From: Bacteroidota bacterium
GTDB taxonomy: Bacteria > Bacteroidota > Bacteroidia > Chitinophagales > Chitinophagaceae
Length of the DNA: 64,000 nucleotides
NCBI GenBank assembly: GCA_005798905.1
Contig: SYIK01000001.1
Coordinates: forward strand, 140,443-204,442
Reading direction: 5' to 3'
In this document: positions 9,952-22,000 of the stretch, piece by piece
How positions within the stretch are numbered: position 1 is the stretch's first letter
Layout of the letters: every line of letters starts with the position of its first letter
Translations under genes and position numbers: made by a program
The notes under the pieces: generated by a model
Told to the model about the DNA's origin: nothing
Seen by the model: only the letters and a program-made list of their open reading frames with translations
Database searches by the model: none

Positions 9952-12564
9952 ATGAAACGATTTTTTTGTGCCGTCCTTTTTTGCTTTTTTTTTATTTTAC
10001 CTGCAAATGCATCTCACATTACTGGAGGCGAAATGTTTTACTCTCTAGTTAGTCAGTCAGGGAACAATTACACTTATTCTGTTACATTAAAACTTTATAG
10101 AGATATGGGTTCGGGCGCTGGACTTGACCAAAATGCAGCGATTGGTATTTTTGATAAATTTACAAATGCATTCGTTAGAGTTGAAATTGCACCACTGATT
10201 TCTTCTCCTATAATTACGCTTACTTCTCCTAGCCCTTGTATTATTAACCCTCCCGTTGTAAGTTACCAAGTGGGATATTATACTGTTAGCATTACATTAC
10301 CTGGAACGGCGAATGGATACATTTTATCTTATCAACGCTGTTGCCGAGTAGGTGGACTTATTAATGTTTCCAATTCTAGTAGTATAGGAGCTACCTATTC
10401 TGCCGAAATTCCTGGTTTTGCAATGGTAGCAAATGCGCCTGCAAATAATAGTGCAAAGTTTGTTGGCGTGGATACAGTTATAAGTTGTAGCAGTTATCAA
10501 TTTTCTTATAGTTTTAATGCCTTAGACGAAGATAACGACCAACTGGTGTATAGTTTTTGTAATGCCTATGTTGGAGGGTCAACCAGCTCTGTCGTACCTA
10601 ATCCTCCATTAAACCCACCCTATACTTCTGTCCCATATATTGCTCCCTATTCGGGTAGTTCACCTTTAGGTCCTAATGTAACAATTAATACAACTAATGG
10701 ATTAATTACTGGGACAGCACCTTCGGTCGGAACTTATGTAGTTACTGTCTGTGTTAGCGAATATCGAAATGGTGAATTAATTGCTACACAACGAAAAGAC
10801 TTGTTAATAGAAATTGCCGACTGTGATGTAGCTTCAGTTACATTAGAGGCAGAAGGTTATACAAACTGTACTGATTACACTGTTTCTTTTCAAAATCTAA
10901 CTCCTAATACTTTTATTAATTCTTATTTCTGGAATTTTGGAGACAATAGTACACTAGGCGACACTTCTATATTAATTAATCCGAGTTACACCTATCCAGA
11001 TACCGGAGTTTATATTGTAAAAGTGATAGCCAACAGAAACCAACCATGCTCCGATTCCACAACTGCAGAGGTTAGAGTTTTTCCTGGATTTTTCCCAAAT
11101 TTCAATTTCTCTGGCTCTACTTGTGTAAATAGTACATTACAGTTCAACGACCTTTCTACTGCAACTTATGGAACGATTAATTCGTGGAGATGGGATTTTG
11201 GAGTTCCTTCACTTACTAACGACACATCGCGATTGCAAAACCCACAATACACTTATTCGCAAACAGGAATTTATAATGTAGAATTTATAGTTGGAAGTAG
11301 TAAAGGGTGCCGAGATACTATTTATAATAATGTTGAAATTATAAATAAACCTACTATTTCATTCGCATTTAAAGACTCATTGATTTGTAGTGTTGATACA
11401 ATTCAACTACTAGCAAGTGGAAGTGGTTCTTTTCTGTGGCGACCCAATTATAATATCATCAACTCAACTTCAGCAGCACCTCGTGTTTTTCCTAAAATTA
11501 CTACTTGGTATAAATTAGAATTAAATGATAATGGTTGCACCAATGAAGATTCTGTATTAGTCCGTGTGGTTGATTCTGTAACTGTAAATATAAATAGTGA
11601 TACTTCAATTTGTATAAACGATCAAGCACAATTATTAGCTTCAACGGATGGACTTCAATATTTATGGAGTCCGCCAGCAACTTTAAGTAATCCTGCGAGT
11701 TTGAATCCGATTGCATCACCAGCAGCAACTACAATTTATACTTTCAATTCAATAATTGGAGGATGTTCAAAATCTAAAAATGTAAGAGTAAATGTTGTAT
11801 CGCGACCTACAATAAATGCAGGAATTGATACTACAATTTGTTTTAGTGGTTCGGCGCAACTTAATGCAACACACGGAGGAACTTCTTTTAGTTGGTCGCC
11901 AACAACTTCTTTAAACAATCCCACGATTTTAAACCCAATTGCAAATCCAACCATTACAACTCAATATGTTTTATCTACAGTAAGTAATATTTCCGGATGC
12001 CCCAAACCAAGTTATGATACAGTTACTGTAAATGTAGGTGCACAAATTATTGCAAGTGCTGGCAGAGATACAACTGTAATTGCAAATATGCCATTGCAAT
12101 TAGGTGCAACTGGTGGTTCAACTTATTTATGGACACCAACACTTGGATTGAATAATGCAACTATTTCAAACCCAATTACAATTTTGGATGGCAACATTCC
12201 GCTAGTTACGTATCAAGTAAAAGTTACTAATCAAGCAGGATGTTCGGTAAACGCATCGGTAAATGTAACCGTACTAAAAATACCACCAGACATTTATGTT
12301 CCAAATGGATTTACACCAAATGCCAATGGGAAAAATGATGTTTTTCGACCAATTTATATTGGAATAAGCTCGGTTGAATATTTCAGAGTTTATAACCGTT
12401 GGGGAAAGTTAATTTATGATTCAAATAAAATGGATGGCAGTGGTTGGGATGGAACCATAAATCATATTGAACAAAATGCGGGCACTTATGTTTGGATGGT
12501 AAAGGCAACAGATATAATAGGGAAACAACATTTTAAAAAAGGTACTGTGTTTTTAATGAAATAA
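9952..12564 (+). CDS. T9SS type B sorting-domain (gliding-motility-associated C-terminal domain) cell-surface protein with PKD domains
   Basis: 870 aa with a signal peptide. N-terminal HITGGEMFY...YQRCCRV domain, two PKD-like units (FWNFGDNS...YTYPDTGVYIVKV; WRWDFG...YTYSQTGIYNV) and repeated D..IC......L.A.G..Y.WSP...L..P...NPIA.P..TT.Y modules. The C-terminus reads VPNGFTPNANGKNDVFRPI...YFRVYNRWGKLIY...GWDG...GTYVWMV, matching the type B CTD. Confidence 0.85.
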   Translation: MKRFFCAVLFCFFFILPANASHITGGEMFYSLVSQSGNNYTYSVTLKLYRDMGSGAGLDQNAAIGIFDKFTNAFVRVEIAPLISSPIITLTSPSPCIINPPVVSYQVGYYTVSITLPGTANGYILSYQRCCRVGGLINVSNSSSIGATYSAEIPGFAMVANAPANNSAKFVGVDTVISCSSYQFSYSFNALDEDNDQLVYSFCNAYVGGSTSSVVPNPPLNPPYTSVPYIAPYSGSSPLGPNVTINTTNGLITGTAPSVGTYVVTVCVSEYRNGELIATQRKDLLIEIADCDVASVTLEAEGYTNCTDYTVSFQNLTPNTFINSYFWNFGDNSTLGDTSILINPSYTYPDTGVYIVKVIANRNQPCSDSTTAEVRVFPGFFPNFNFSGSTCVNSTLQFNDLSTATYGTINSWRWDFGVPSLTNDTSRLQNPQYTYSQTGIYNVEFIVGSSKGCRDTIYNNVEIINKPTISFAFKDSLICSVDTIQLLASGSGSFLWRPNYNIINSTSAAPRVFPKITTWYKLELNDNGCTNEDSVLVRVVDSVTVNINSDTSICINDQAQLLASTDGLQYLWSPPATLSNPASLNPIASPAATTIYTFNSIIGGCSKSKNVRVNVVSRPTINAGIDTTICFSGSAQLNATHGGTSFSWSPTTSLNNPTILNPIANPTITTQYVLSTVSNISGCPKPSYDTVTVNVGAQIIASAGRDTTVIANMPLQLGATGGSTYLWTPTLGLNNATISNPITILDGNIPLVTYQVKVTNQAGCSVNASVNVTVLKIPPDIYVPNGFTPNANGKNDVFRPIYIGISSVEYFRVYNRWGKLIYDSNKMDGSGWDGTINHIEQNAGTYVWMVKATDIIGKQHFKKGTVFLMK

Positions 12565-12666
12565 CTAGTTGTTACTAATTTTTCGAAGTTTAAACTTTTC
12601 ATTTATACTTATTTCTAAATTAGTGCCCTTCTGAAATTTTGATTAAAAGGATAACAGAATTAGAAA

Positions 12667-15285
12667 ATGAAAAAAATATTATTACTCTTATTTTTTTTTC
12701 TGAGTTTTCTTCAATTTACTTATGCACGACATATTACTGGTGGGGAAATTTATCACGAATATCTTGGACCTGGAGTCAATCCAAATACAAGCCAATACAG
12801 AATCACACTGCGTATATTCCGTGATTTTCATTCGACTGGTGCCCAAATAGATGCTACGGCAAACATTGGCATTTTCGATAAAGCAAACAATAACTCAGTT
12901 GTCGGTTCTCCATTTTTAGTAAACCTCGACCATATAGATATCATTGAACAATCAGGAATTATTCCTTGTATTGTTAATGCCCCCAATGTAAAATACGAGG
13001 TGGGTTATTATTTCTTTATAGTTACTCTTTCAGACAATCAAGCCGGCTATTGGATTAGTTACCAACGTTGTTGTCGAGTAGATGGAATTTCAAACCTTAC
13101 GCCTCCTGCAGTAAATATTGGAGCTACTTATTTGGGAAGTATTGCGGGAACATCAACAATTGGAACTGGTCACAATTCCAGCCCAAAATTTTTTCTACGC
13201 GACACAGCTTTAGTTTGCCATAATCGAAATTTCACACTTGATTTTAGTGCAGCCGATGTAGATGGAGATCAACTTACTTATGAATTATGCGAAGCTTTTG
13301 AGGGAAATCTATATCCACAAACTGTTATTACCAATCCACTACCTCCACCTTATTCTTGGGTTCCTTATGGAACTGGCTATTCCTTTGTAACTCCATTGGG
13401 ACCAGGTGTTACTATCAATCAAAATACAGGTATTATTTCGGGCGTTGCTCCTTCTGTTGCCGGTTCGTATGTAATTGCAGTTTGTGTAAATGAATGGCGA
13501 AATGGCCAAATTATCAATAGCCATCGAAAAGATTTTATCTTGGAGGTTGCCGACTGCGATTTTGTTTCAGCAGAGTTGCCACTTGCAGCAATTTTTTGTG
13601 ATGATTTAAGTGTTGCTTTCCAAAATTTAGCTCCTTCTCCGCTCATTTATTCTTGGAATTGGGATTTTGGCGTTACCACCATTTTAGGAGATACATCTAA
13701 TTTACCAACACCAACTTATAATTATGCAGATACAGGAACTTATCTAATAAAATTAATTGTAAATAAAGGAGATCCTTGTTCCGATTCAGCCACCATGCAA
13801 CTTGGACTTTATCCAAATTTTGTACCAGACTTTACTTCGGTTGGAATTTGTGTAAACAAACCCGTTTTTTTTACAGATGCATCAACTGCCACTTATGGAA
13901 TTTTAAATAGTTGGCGATGGAATTTTGGAGAGCCAACTTTAATTAACGATACTTCGATTTTACAAAACCCTGTTTATACTTATCCAACAATTGGCGATAA
14001 AAATGTGCAACTGATTTCATCGAGTACAAAAGGGTGTACCGATACAATTACAAAAATTATTACCATTTTAGATAAACCTCCAATCAACTTTTCTTTTCGC
14101 GATACACTTATTTGCAGTGTTGACACTTTACGAATCCCGGTTTCGGGAATCGGTAATTTTACTTGGACACCCAACTACAACATTCTTTTAGCAAATACAA
14201 ACAATCCGATTGTATTTCCCAAAATAACAACTTGGTACAAAGTAGAACTTGATTTTAATGGCTGTAAAAATACAGATTCGGTCATTGTTCGTGTTGCAGA
14301 TTCAGTCATTCTTTCTTTACCAAATGATACAACTATTTGTAGAAGTGATGGCATTCAACTTAACCCAACTACAAATGGGTTACAATATTCTTGGTCGCCA
14401 ACAACCGGACTGAATAATCCAACTATAAACAACCCGATTGCAACACCTCTTTCAACTACTACTTATCAGCTTACTTCATTTCTTGGAAAATGTAGTTTGA
14501 AAGATTCAATAAATATTCGAGTAGTGCCTTACCCTGTTGTGAATGCAGGACCCAATGTCACCATTTGTTTTGGAACTTCAAGTCAACTAAATGCGAACAT
14601 AGTTGGTTCGTCTTTTTTATGGCAACCGCAGAGTTCATTAAACAATCCCAATTTGTTAAACCCAATTGCTACGCCACTTCTTTCAACAAATTATATTCTT
14701 AGAGTGAATGATACGTTGGGTTGTCCAAAACCAAGCTACGACACGGTTTCTGTTACAGTTCGACCAAAATTAAATGTCTTTGCAGGTAGAGATACTTCCA
14801 TAATTGTAAATCAACCATTGCAATTAAATGCAAGTGGAGGAGTAACTTTTTTATGGTCGCCGCCACTCGGATTAAATAATATTTTTATTTACAATCCAAT
14901 TGCTTTGTTAAATGGAAATCAAGATAGTGTTCGCTACAAAGTAGTTGTTGCAGATTCTGCAGGTTGCAAAGATTCGGCGAATTTATTGGTACATATATTT
15001 CGTACCGGTCCACAAATTTTTGTCCCTTCCGGTTTTACACCAAATGGCGATGGGCGCAATGATGTATTGAAACCAATTGCAGTAGGAATGGAACGAATAG
15101 AATATTTTAAAATCTTTAACCGATGGGGGCAACTTGTTTTTAGTACAACTATTAACGGACAAGGATGGGACGGAAACATAAATGGTAAAGCACAAACATC
15201 CAACACTTTTGTTTGGATGGCAAAAGCAGTTGACTACACAGGTAAACCTTATTTTGATAAAGGAACGGTGACTTTAATTCGATAA
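12667..15285 (+). CDS. T9SS type B sorting-domain cell-surface protein; tandem paralog of 9952-12564
   Basis: 872 aa, collinear with the upstream gene. Shared blocks: HITGGEIYH, YQRCCRV, DGDQLTYELC, WRNGQIINSHRKDFILEVADCD, NSWRWNFG and FPKITTWYKVELDFNGC. The C-terminus reads VPSGFTPNGDGRNDVLKPI...YFKIFNRWGQLVF...GWDG. Confidence 0.85.
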   Translation: MKKILLLLFFFLSFLQFTYARHITGGEIYHEYLGPGVNPNTSQYRITLRIFRDFHSTGAQIDATANIGIFDKANNNSVVGSPFLVNLDHIDIIEQSGIIPCIVNAPNVKYEVGYYFFIVTLSDNQAGYWISYQRCCRVDGISNLTPPAVNIGATYLGSIAGTSTIGTGHNSSPKFFLRDTALVCHNRNFTLDFSAADVDGDQLTYELCEAFEGNLYPQTVITNPLPPPYSWVPYGTGYSFVTPLGPGVTINQNTGIISGVAPSVAGSYVIAVCVNEWRNGQIINSHRKDFILEVADCDFVSAELPLAAIFCDDLSVAFQNLAPSPLIYSWNWDFGVTTILGDTSNLPTPTYNYADTGTYLIKLIVNKGDPCSDSATMQLGLYPNFVPDFTSVGICVNKPVFFTDASTATYGILNSWRWNFGEPTLINDTSILQNPVYTYPTIGDKNVQLISSSTKGCTDTITKIITILDKPPINFSFRDTLICSVDTLRIPVSGIGNFTWTPNYNILLANTNNPIVFPKITTWYKVELDFNGCKNTDSVIVRVADSVILSLPNDTTICRSDGIQLNPTTNGLQYSWSPTTGLNNPTINNPIATPLSTTTYQLTSFLGKCSLKDSINIRVVPYPVVNAGPNVTICFGTSSQLNANIVGSSFLWQPQSSLNNPNLLNPIATPLLSTNYILRVNDTLGCPKPSYDTVSVTVRPKLNVFAGRDTSIIVNQPLQLNASGGVTFLWSPPLGLNNIFIYNPIALLNGNQDSVRYKVVVADSAGCKDSANLLVHIFRTGPQIFVPSGFTPNGDGRNDVLKPIAVGMERIEYFKIFNRWGQLVFSTTINGQGWDGNINGKAQTSNTFVWMAKAVDYTGKPYFDKGTVTLIR

Positions 15286-15306
15286 AGTTTAATTTACATT
15301 TTTATT

Positions 15307-16065
15307 ATGACGAAAATTGTATTTATTACCGGTGCAACTTCTGGATTTGGCGAAGCTTGCGCACAAAAATTTGCTTCGCAAGGTTTTCATCTTATTTTAA
15401 ATGGAAGAAGAAAAGAACGATTGATAAAAATTCAACAAGAATTAGAAACCAAATTCGGAATTGAAATACTTTGCCTCCCATTTGATGTGAGTAATAAATC
15501 AGCAGTCAATACTGCAATTGAAACTATCCCTGAAAAATGGCAATCAATAGATTTATTAATCAACAATGCCGGACTTGCATTGGGAAGAGATTTTTTCGAC
15601 GAAGCAACAATGAACGATTGGGACACAATGATTGATACGAATTTAAAAGGATTGCTTTATGTTACAAAAGCAGTTTTACCATTTCTTAAAAAAAGTAAAC
15701 ATCCGCAAATTATCAATATGGGTTCCGTTGCAGGTAAAGAAGTTTATGAAAAAGGGAATGTGTATTGTGCAAGCAAAGCTGCTGTAGATACAATTTCACA
15801 CGCAATGCGCATTGATTTATTGCGACACAATATTAAAGTTACCGCCATTCATCCCGGAGCTGCAGAAACTGAATTTGCCGAAGTAAGATTTAAAGGAGAT
15901 AAAGAAACTGCAAAAAAAACTTATGATGGTTTACAAGCACTCACTGCAAATGATATTGCCGAAACAATTTATTATTGCAGCACACTTCCACCGCATGTTT
16001 GCATCAATGAATTAACGATTACTTGCACGCAACAAGCTAATGCAATTTTTTTCAATAGGAAATAA
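15307..16065 (+). CDS. Short-chain dehydrogenase/reductase (YdfG-like NADP-dependent)
   Basis: 252 aa. Contains the cofactor motif TGATSGFG, NNAG and the catalytic Y..ASK (YCASKAA). Confidence 0.85.
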   Translation: MTKIVFITGATSGFGEACAQKFASQGFHLILNGRRKERLIKIQQELETKFGIEILCLPFDVSNKSAVNTAIETIPEKWQSIDLLINNAGLALGRDFFDEATMNDWDTMIDTNLKGLLYVTKAVLPFLKKSKHPQIINMGSVAGKEVYEKGNVYCASKAAVDTISHAMRIDLLRHNIKVTAIHPGAAETEFAEVRFKGDKETAKKTYDGLQALTANDIAETIYYCSTLPPHVCINELTITCTQQANAIFFNRK

Positions 16066-16073
16066 ATAGAAAA

Positions 16074-19000
16074 TTATTGCGCCAATGAAATTCGCAATTG
16101 CAGTCCTGCTCTTGTATTTGTAATATCGCCACTTCCGGAAATTTTTTGCATATTTTTTGTTTGCTCGAAATATAAAGTTGCACGAACACGACTATTCACA
16201 ACATAATCTATTGATGGATTGATGCGAATAACTTTCTGACCGGAAGTAATCAACGAAATATTTTGGTCCAATTTATTAATCGTTGTTACATCATCTCGAA
16301 TACTTAAATCCAACTTGAAAGTAATGTCGTTATCCAATTTCATTTTGCCCAACTTCTTGATTATGGGAATTCCTCTTCGGCGCCAATCGGCACCAATTGA
16401 GAATTCCGATGAACGATTTTCCGACAATTGATAATCAATTAAACTCAAACTTAATTGACGCGTTTTTCTAATTTCAATTCTTGTACTTAATTGATTGGTG
16501 AAACTAACATCCATTGAAATCAACGGACTGAACTCTTCGCTAATTGTAATATTGGGAACTAAAAAATACGGAATATAATTTTTCGTCAACGTATCAATAA
16601 ATGACGGAAAACTATAACGAAGTGGATCTTGAAAAAACAAAGCAGTATTAAAACTATTCATGCTCAACGTACTGCTATACCCATGACGAATTACAATATT
16701 TGAAAATACTTTTTCCAATCCTTTTACTCGGCTAAGTCCGCTGTAAGTAAGATTCCAATTGGGTTTTGGAATTAATCCACCAAACGGATTGGAGCGAATA
16801 GTAGGGTTTGAATTTTTTACTAAATGCACACTCAATGGATTTTTATTTGTGTACGCTGCAATAAATGCAGGTACCAAAACATCTTGCGCATAACGACCGT
16901 AACCTTTGTAATAACCATCCGTTCCCGGCAAAGGATTTGAACCATTGTACGGATTTGTTTTTCCTAATTTTTGCGAAAGCAATGCACGATTTGTTTCGAA
17001 TTGTTTAAAGGTTGCTGCAACAATATTCGGATCATATTTATCAAATAATGTTTGATAAGAAATATAACTAATGCTGAAACTGCCCATCGCATACGGGTTC
17101 AATCTTGTTAAAACACCCGATGGCAATCCGGATGTGTCTTTAAATAATTCTGAATAATTTTTATTAAATGTTTTATCTAAATTAAGATCAATATTGAAAT
17201 CTCGAACGGGAACTATTTGCGCAGTTATTTTCAAATGTTCATCATAGCGTTGTTCAATGAGCGCATTAAAAATGGGGTCGTGCGTCAACATTCCTAAATT
17301 TCCTTTTTTATTTATCCAATTTGTATCGGGTTGGTAGCCAAAAATAAAATCAAACCCGGGTTGTTTGCTGTTCCAGTTTTGCCCGAAAGAGCGTGTGCTG
17401 TCTAAATATCCCGGCAAACTTGTTCCTGAATTTTCGGTGTATTGCACACTCACTCTTTTTACTGCTGTTGCAACTTGCACAACTGATTTTACCACATTGT
17501 TTATTTCAATAATTTTATTTTTTCTTTCTTCAATTTTTGCAAGTCTTAATTTTTGTCTCTCTAATTTTCGTAATTTTTTCAACTCTTTTTTGGAAAGAGA
17601 ATCATTGCTTGTTCTATTTTTTTTATTATCAACAGAAACTTCTTTTTTTATTTCTGTTTTGACTGTTTCATTCTTTGGAGGATTATCTGCAAAAACAGCA
17701 CGCAAGAATTTCGATTTTTGATACAATTGTTCGAAATTAAATTCTCCGTTTACACTTTTCGTTTGTCCGTTTGATAAAATATTTCCCAAATTTCTTGCCA
17801 ATAACGATGCGCCCATCCAGTCATATTCTGCTTTGTAATTTGCACGCAAAGTTGTCCAATCAATTATTGGAAATTTGTTTGTTGGAAAATTGTAAGATAG
17901 CGTTGCTTCCTGATGAAAACGTGTGTTTCTTCCGCCTTTCAAAAAATTTTGTCGAACAGAATCTTTTTTTATTTTAGTATCAATTCGACCAATCGGTTCA
18001 TCAATTCTAGCATTATTGGTTGCCATAAAATCGAGATTAAGCGATCGCGTAAAATCCCATTGAACAACATAATATCTATCGAATGTAAAAAACTTATCGT
18101 AAGTCTCCGGCACTTTATAAAAACTACCACCAATATTTCTTGGTTGTAAAGATCCGAACTGACGAAACGCATCGGCTTTAATAGAAACCTGCGATGGTTT
18201 GAAATTAAAATTTACATCTTTAATAAATGTTACCCATTTCGAATTTGACTTAATAAATTTTTTGAATGGTTCAATGTATTGTGGTTGAATAGCAAAGTTA
18301 TAGCCAATTGCTCCTCGTGTTCTACTCATCATTTCACTTTCTATTAATGGATTATTTCTTTCCATTTGATAATACGAATAATTGAAATCGAGATTGGAAA
18401 TATCCCAAGGATGTGCTTTTCTAACTCCTGATTTATTCTTTTTTACATTCGTAAAAGTTATTGTTTTGATTGTGGTAATATCTGCTGCATCGTTTCTAAT
18501 AGAATCTTTTTTGTTTTTGGGAACATCATTTAATTTTTCTTTCAACTTAATATCCAAATCGTACGGATCATATTCTGGAGTGGTGGTGGTTCTACTAATT
18601 CCGGCATAAATAGGAATTTGAATTTTCGCTTTTTGAGGTAATAATTTTCCAGCATCAATGTTTGCAGAAACATCAAATTGAGTAAAATCTTCTCGGCTTC
18701 TTTCGTTTACGCGTTGCTCCAACGTTCCAAACCCACTTGTTCTTGCAGTACCGGAAACACTGATGTTTCCCAAATCGGCAAGCGTGAGGTCAACTCTACC
18801 AAGTGCCGCCCATCCACCTTCTTCATCCATTTTCGAAAGACGAAGTTCGTTGAACCAAATTTCTGCATTGGCTTGTTCTAATTTATTATTTTCCACTCCC
18901 ATCAACATCCCTCTTACTTCGCCAAGGTTTGGATTACCAATGATTGCAAATTTTTTCCCTTTAATAAATTCGCTGTAATAATTAGATGGAGAAATAGCAG

Positions 19001-22000
19001 CTTTATTTCTTCTCCATTTTAATTGTGTCAAAATTTCTAAATCAAAATCTAAATTATTTTCAAGAGGCCAAATCGAAAGCGAATCGGTTGCACCCCATTT
19101 TGTAATTTTAAGCGGAATTCTTATTTCATAATAATTACTAACAAAATCATTTCCAATTCGCACCACTGCACTTAGGTCATTATCATTTAATGTATTTTGA
19201 TAAATTTCTTCAGCATGAACAAACATTGAAATTCTTCCGTATTGACGAAGATCAAATGGCATTGTTTTAAAAACTGCTCTTGAATCATTTTTTAATAAAT
19301 CGCGAACACGAATACTTAACGACTGCTCATTTTGCAAAAGCGAAATATTATTGGAACTGAGTTGTTCTTGACGAATAATACCCGGCGGGGTTACATAACG
19401 AATGGGTTGTCGTTTGTCATTTTCTTCCACATTTACCGCAAGTACATCCAACGTAGTCGGATCATTAATTGGTAATTTTTTAAATAAACCACTGCTATCA
19501 ATTTCGTATCCAAAACGCCGCCATTGATTACGAACTAATTCTAATTTTCCAAATCTACAAACTACCGAATCGGAAAAACCCGTAAGAAACATGCGAATAA
19601 ATCGAATGGATTTAAAGTCAGGAATATTCCCAATTTTATTTTGATAACCTGTTATCGGAATACGAAACAAATACCAAGTTTCTTGTCGTTGGGTTCTATC
19701 AATCAAATCAACCGAAACAGTTCGTTTGTCAGTTATGAAATTTGAACCAACGGACATATTCGGTTTCAATTCTACTCGATATTGAAAATATTCTTCCACT
19801 TCATTTAATGTGTTATCGCGATTCAATTCTTCTTGATCGGGATACATTGTAAATGCATGAAGTTGAGAATTGTTTAAATTAACCGGAGAATTTCCTTGCG
19901 GATTATTTACATCTTTATAGCGTTGCAAAATTCCTTCCAATGGTTGATCATAAGTTCCATCGCGATAATGTTTAAAATTATCTGCGGATGGATCTACGGT
20001 TGCTTTTTGATAAACAGAAGAATTAATTCCAAAATTTGTAATTAACGTATTAATGTAATTTTTAAACTTTTCTTTTTCCAACGAATCGGTTAATCCATCA
20101 AATCCCGCATCTTGAAAAGGCCTATCCACCGTATTATTGCTAAATGCATTTGTAACCTGAAGTGGATTGGCAGGCACTCTTCCCCAAACCGTTGTATTGT
20201 CAACAGGTAAATTTCTATTTTGAGGAGTGGGCAATCCATTTTCATATAAACGTTTTCCATCTTTCAACACATCTTCCGAAATATTTCCAAGATTCAAATA
20301 AAGTTCGCCACTTGCAGTTGCCGGTTTATTGATGAAAGGATCTTGTAACCAAAATTCTATAAATTCAATATTGCCCGTTTCAAAATCTGTTTGGTCAATA
20401 TTGCGCATGATGCCACCCCAAGTTTGTTTTGGATTCAGCAAATTTCCGGCAGCATTGATTCTTCCATTTCTAAATTCAAAATTGTACGGACCTCTTTCCT
20501 TTGGATAAAAAGCAAGATCGAAAGTTGGTAAAATAGATTGGCCAAAGTCGGTTGTACGATTGGGAAAAATTTCTTTCTGATAAACTTGTCTTACTTCCGG
20601 TTTCGATAATTCGGTAAGATTATTTCGCAACGGGTTGTTTGCATTTCTTGCTTCTTGTAATTGTTGTTCGATTTGATACCATGCCAATTTTGCACGATTG
20701 TAACCTTGTTCCACATTATTGTTTAACTCAGCTTCCGGAAAAAGAATATTGTTGTTTTTATCAATTGCTTTTTGCGGAGCAGAGGCAAGTGTCCAACTTA
20801 TCAACGGAAAACGAAGATCGATGCTGCTTCTCGTTCCTTCGAAATCATCCATATAAATTGCGCCTACATTTCCTTTTCCAATTTGTGGCGCATGACCAGG
20901 TTTTAACAACGCAGCTTCTCCATAAGCTGTAATATTAGAAACTACTTTTGTAGAATAAAACGGAAGTTTATCCAACCATTTTGAAAGTCGAGGAATTTCA
21001 CTGCGGTAGTCAAAATCAACTCCGTACATCGTATTGCGAATAGGATCGTCGCCATAACTCTGTTTCCAAAAAAACGGCCTTTCTCCCAATCGCACAATCG
21101 TTCCGCCAAGTGTCAATTTTTTGCTGGCTAAATAATCCAACCGCAATGCTAAATAGTTTTTGGATTGCATTCCGTAAGTCGCATTATTTTCATATTGAAC
21201 ATTTACGGGCAAACCTGCATTGATGATTGCTTGGTTAATAATTCTCATCGAACCCAAATCATAATTAATTTCATAGTCAATATTTTCTCTCAATATTTGA
21301 CCACCAGCCGAAACAGTTACAGAACCTTTCGGAATATTAAATCCAAGTTGATAATCGACTGCTCCTAATCCGGATTTACTTTTACCACTCAATTTAAACC
21401 GATTGAGGTTTGCAAATGTTTGTGCAATTGCTTTGATAGTGTCATACAACGGATAATAAATATATTTTGCTCGTTGCTGCAAACTATCTGCTCCTTTATA
21501 AATATATTCCAGATCACGCCCAAAAGGTTCCAATACCGGAAATACAATTCGGCTTTGTTGCGCAATTACTGTGTAGCCTTCAACATAGTCGAAAACTCCA
21601 TCGGCTTGCGGATCGTTTTGATTATTTAGTCGATCAAGGTTGAGAAGAGAAATAATGGATCTTCCTTTGTAAGGATCACTAACAGAAGTTAGCGGCATAT
21701 AATTTTTTTCGCCAAGACTTGGTTCTTCATACAACACATCTAATTTAAAATCTGATTTTTCCAATTGACCAACGCCAACCGAATAAACATTTTTCATCAT
21801 CAAATCCCAAATAGGAAGATTGGTTCGTTGCGATGTTGCTTTCAATAATTTTAAAAATAAAACCGGCTGAGAAGTGCCAGTGGAATCGGGCGGAATATCC
21901 GAAGAAAATTCTCCGACCTGATAAATTTTTCCATTGTAAGTATATTGAAATGCAACGCCGAGCACTTCATCCGATTGAAGTTGTTGATTCAAAGAAATAA

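Noticed and set aside
12586-12597. Perfect 12-nt palindrome AAGTTTAAACTT just after the first T9SS cargo gene
   Set aside because: With a minimal loop, only about 4 bp of A/T-rich stem could form. That is not a credible terminator or operator, and such palindromes are expected by chance in AT-rich DNA.
17365-17721. 118-aa plus-strand ORF and a low-complexity stretch inside sprA
   Set aside because: It mirrors the Lys/Glu/Arg-rich segment of SprA (KKELKKLRKLERQKLRLAKIEERKNK). It is a compositional artefact, not a separate gene or a DNA repeat.
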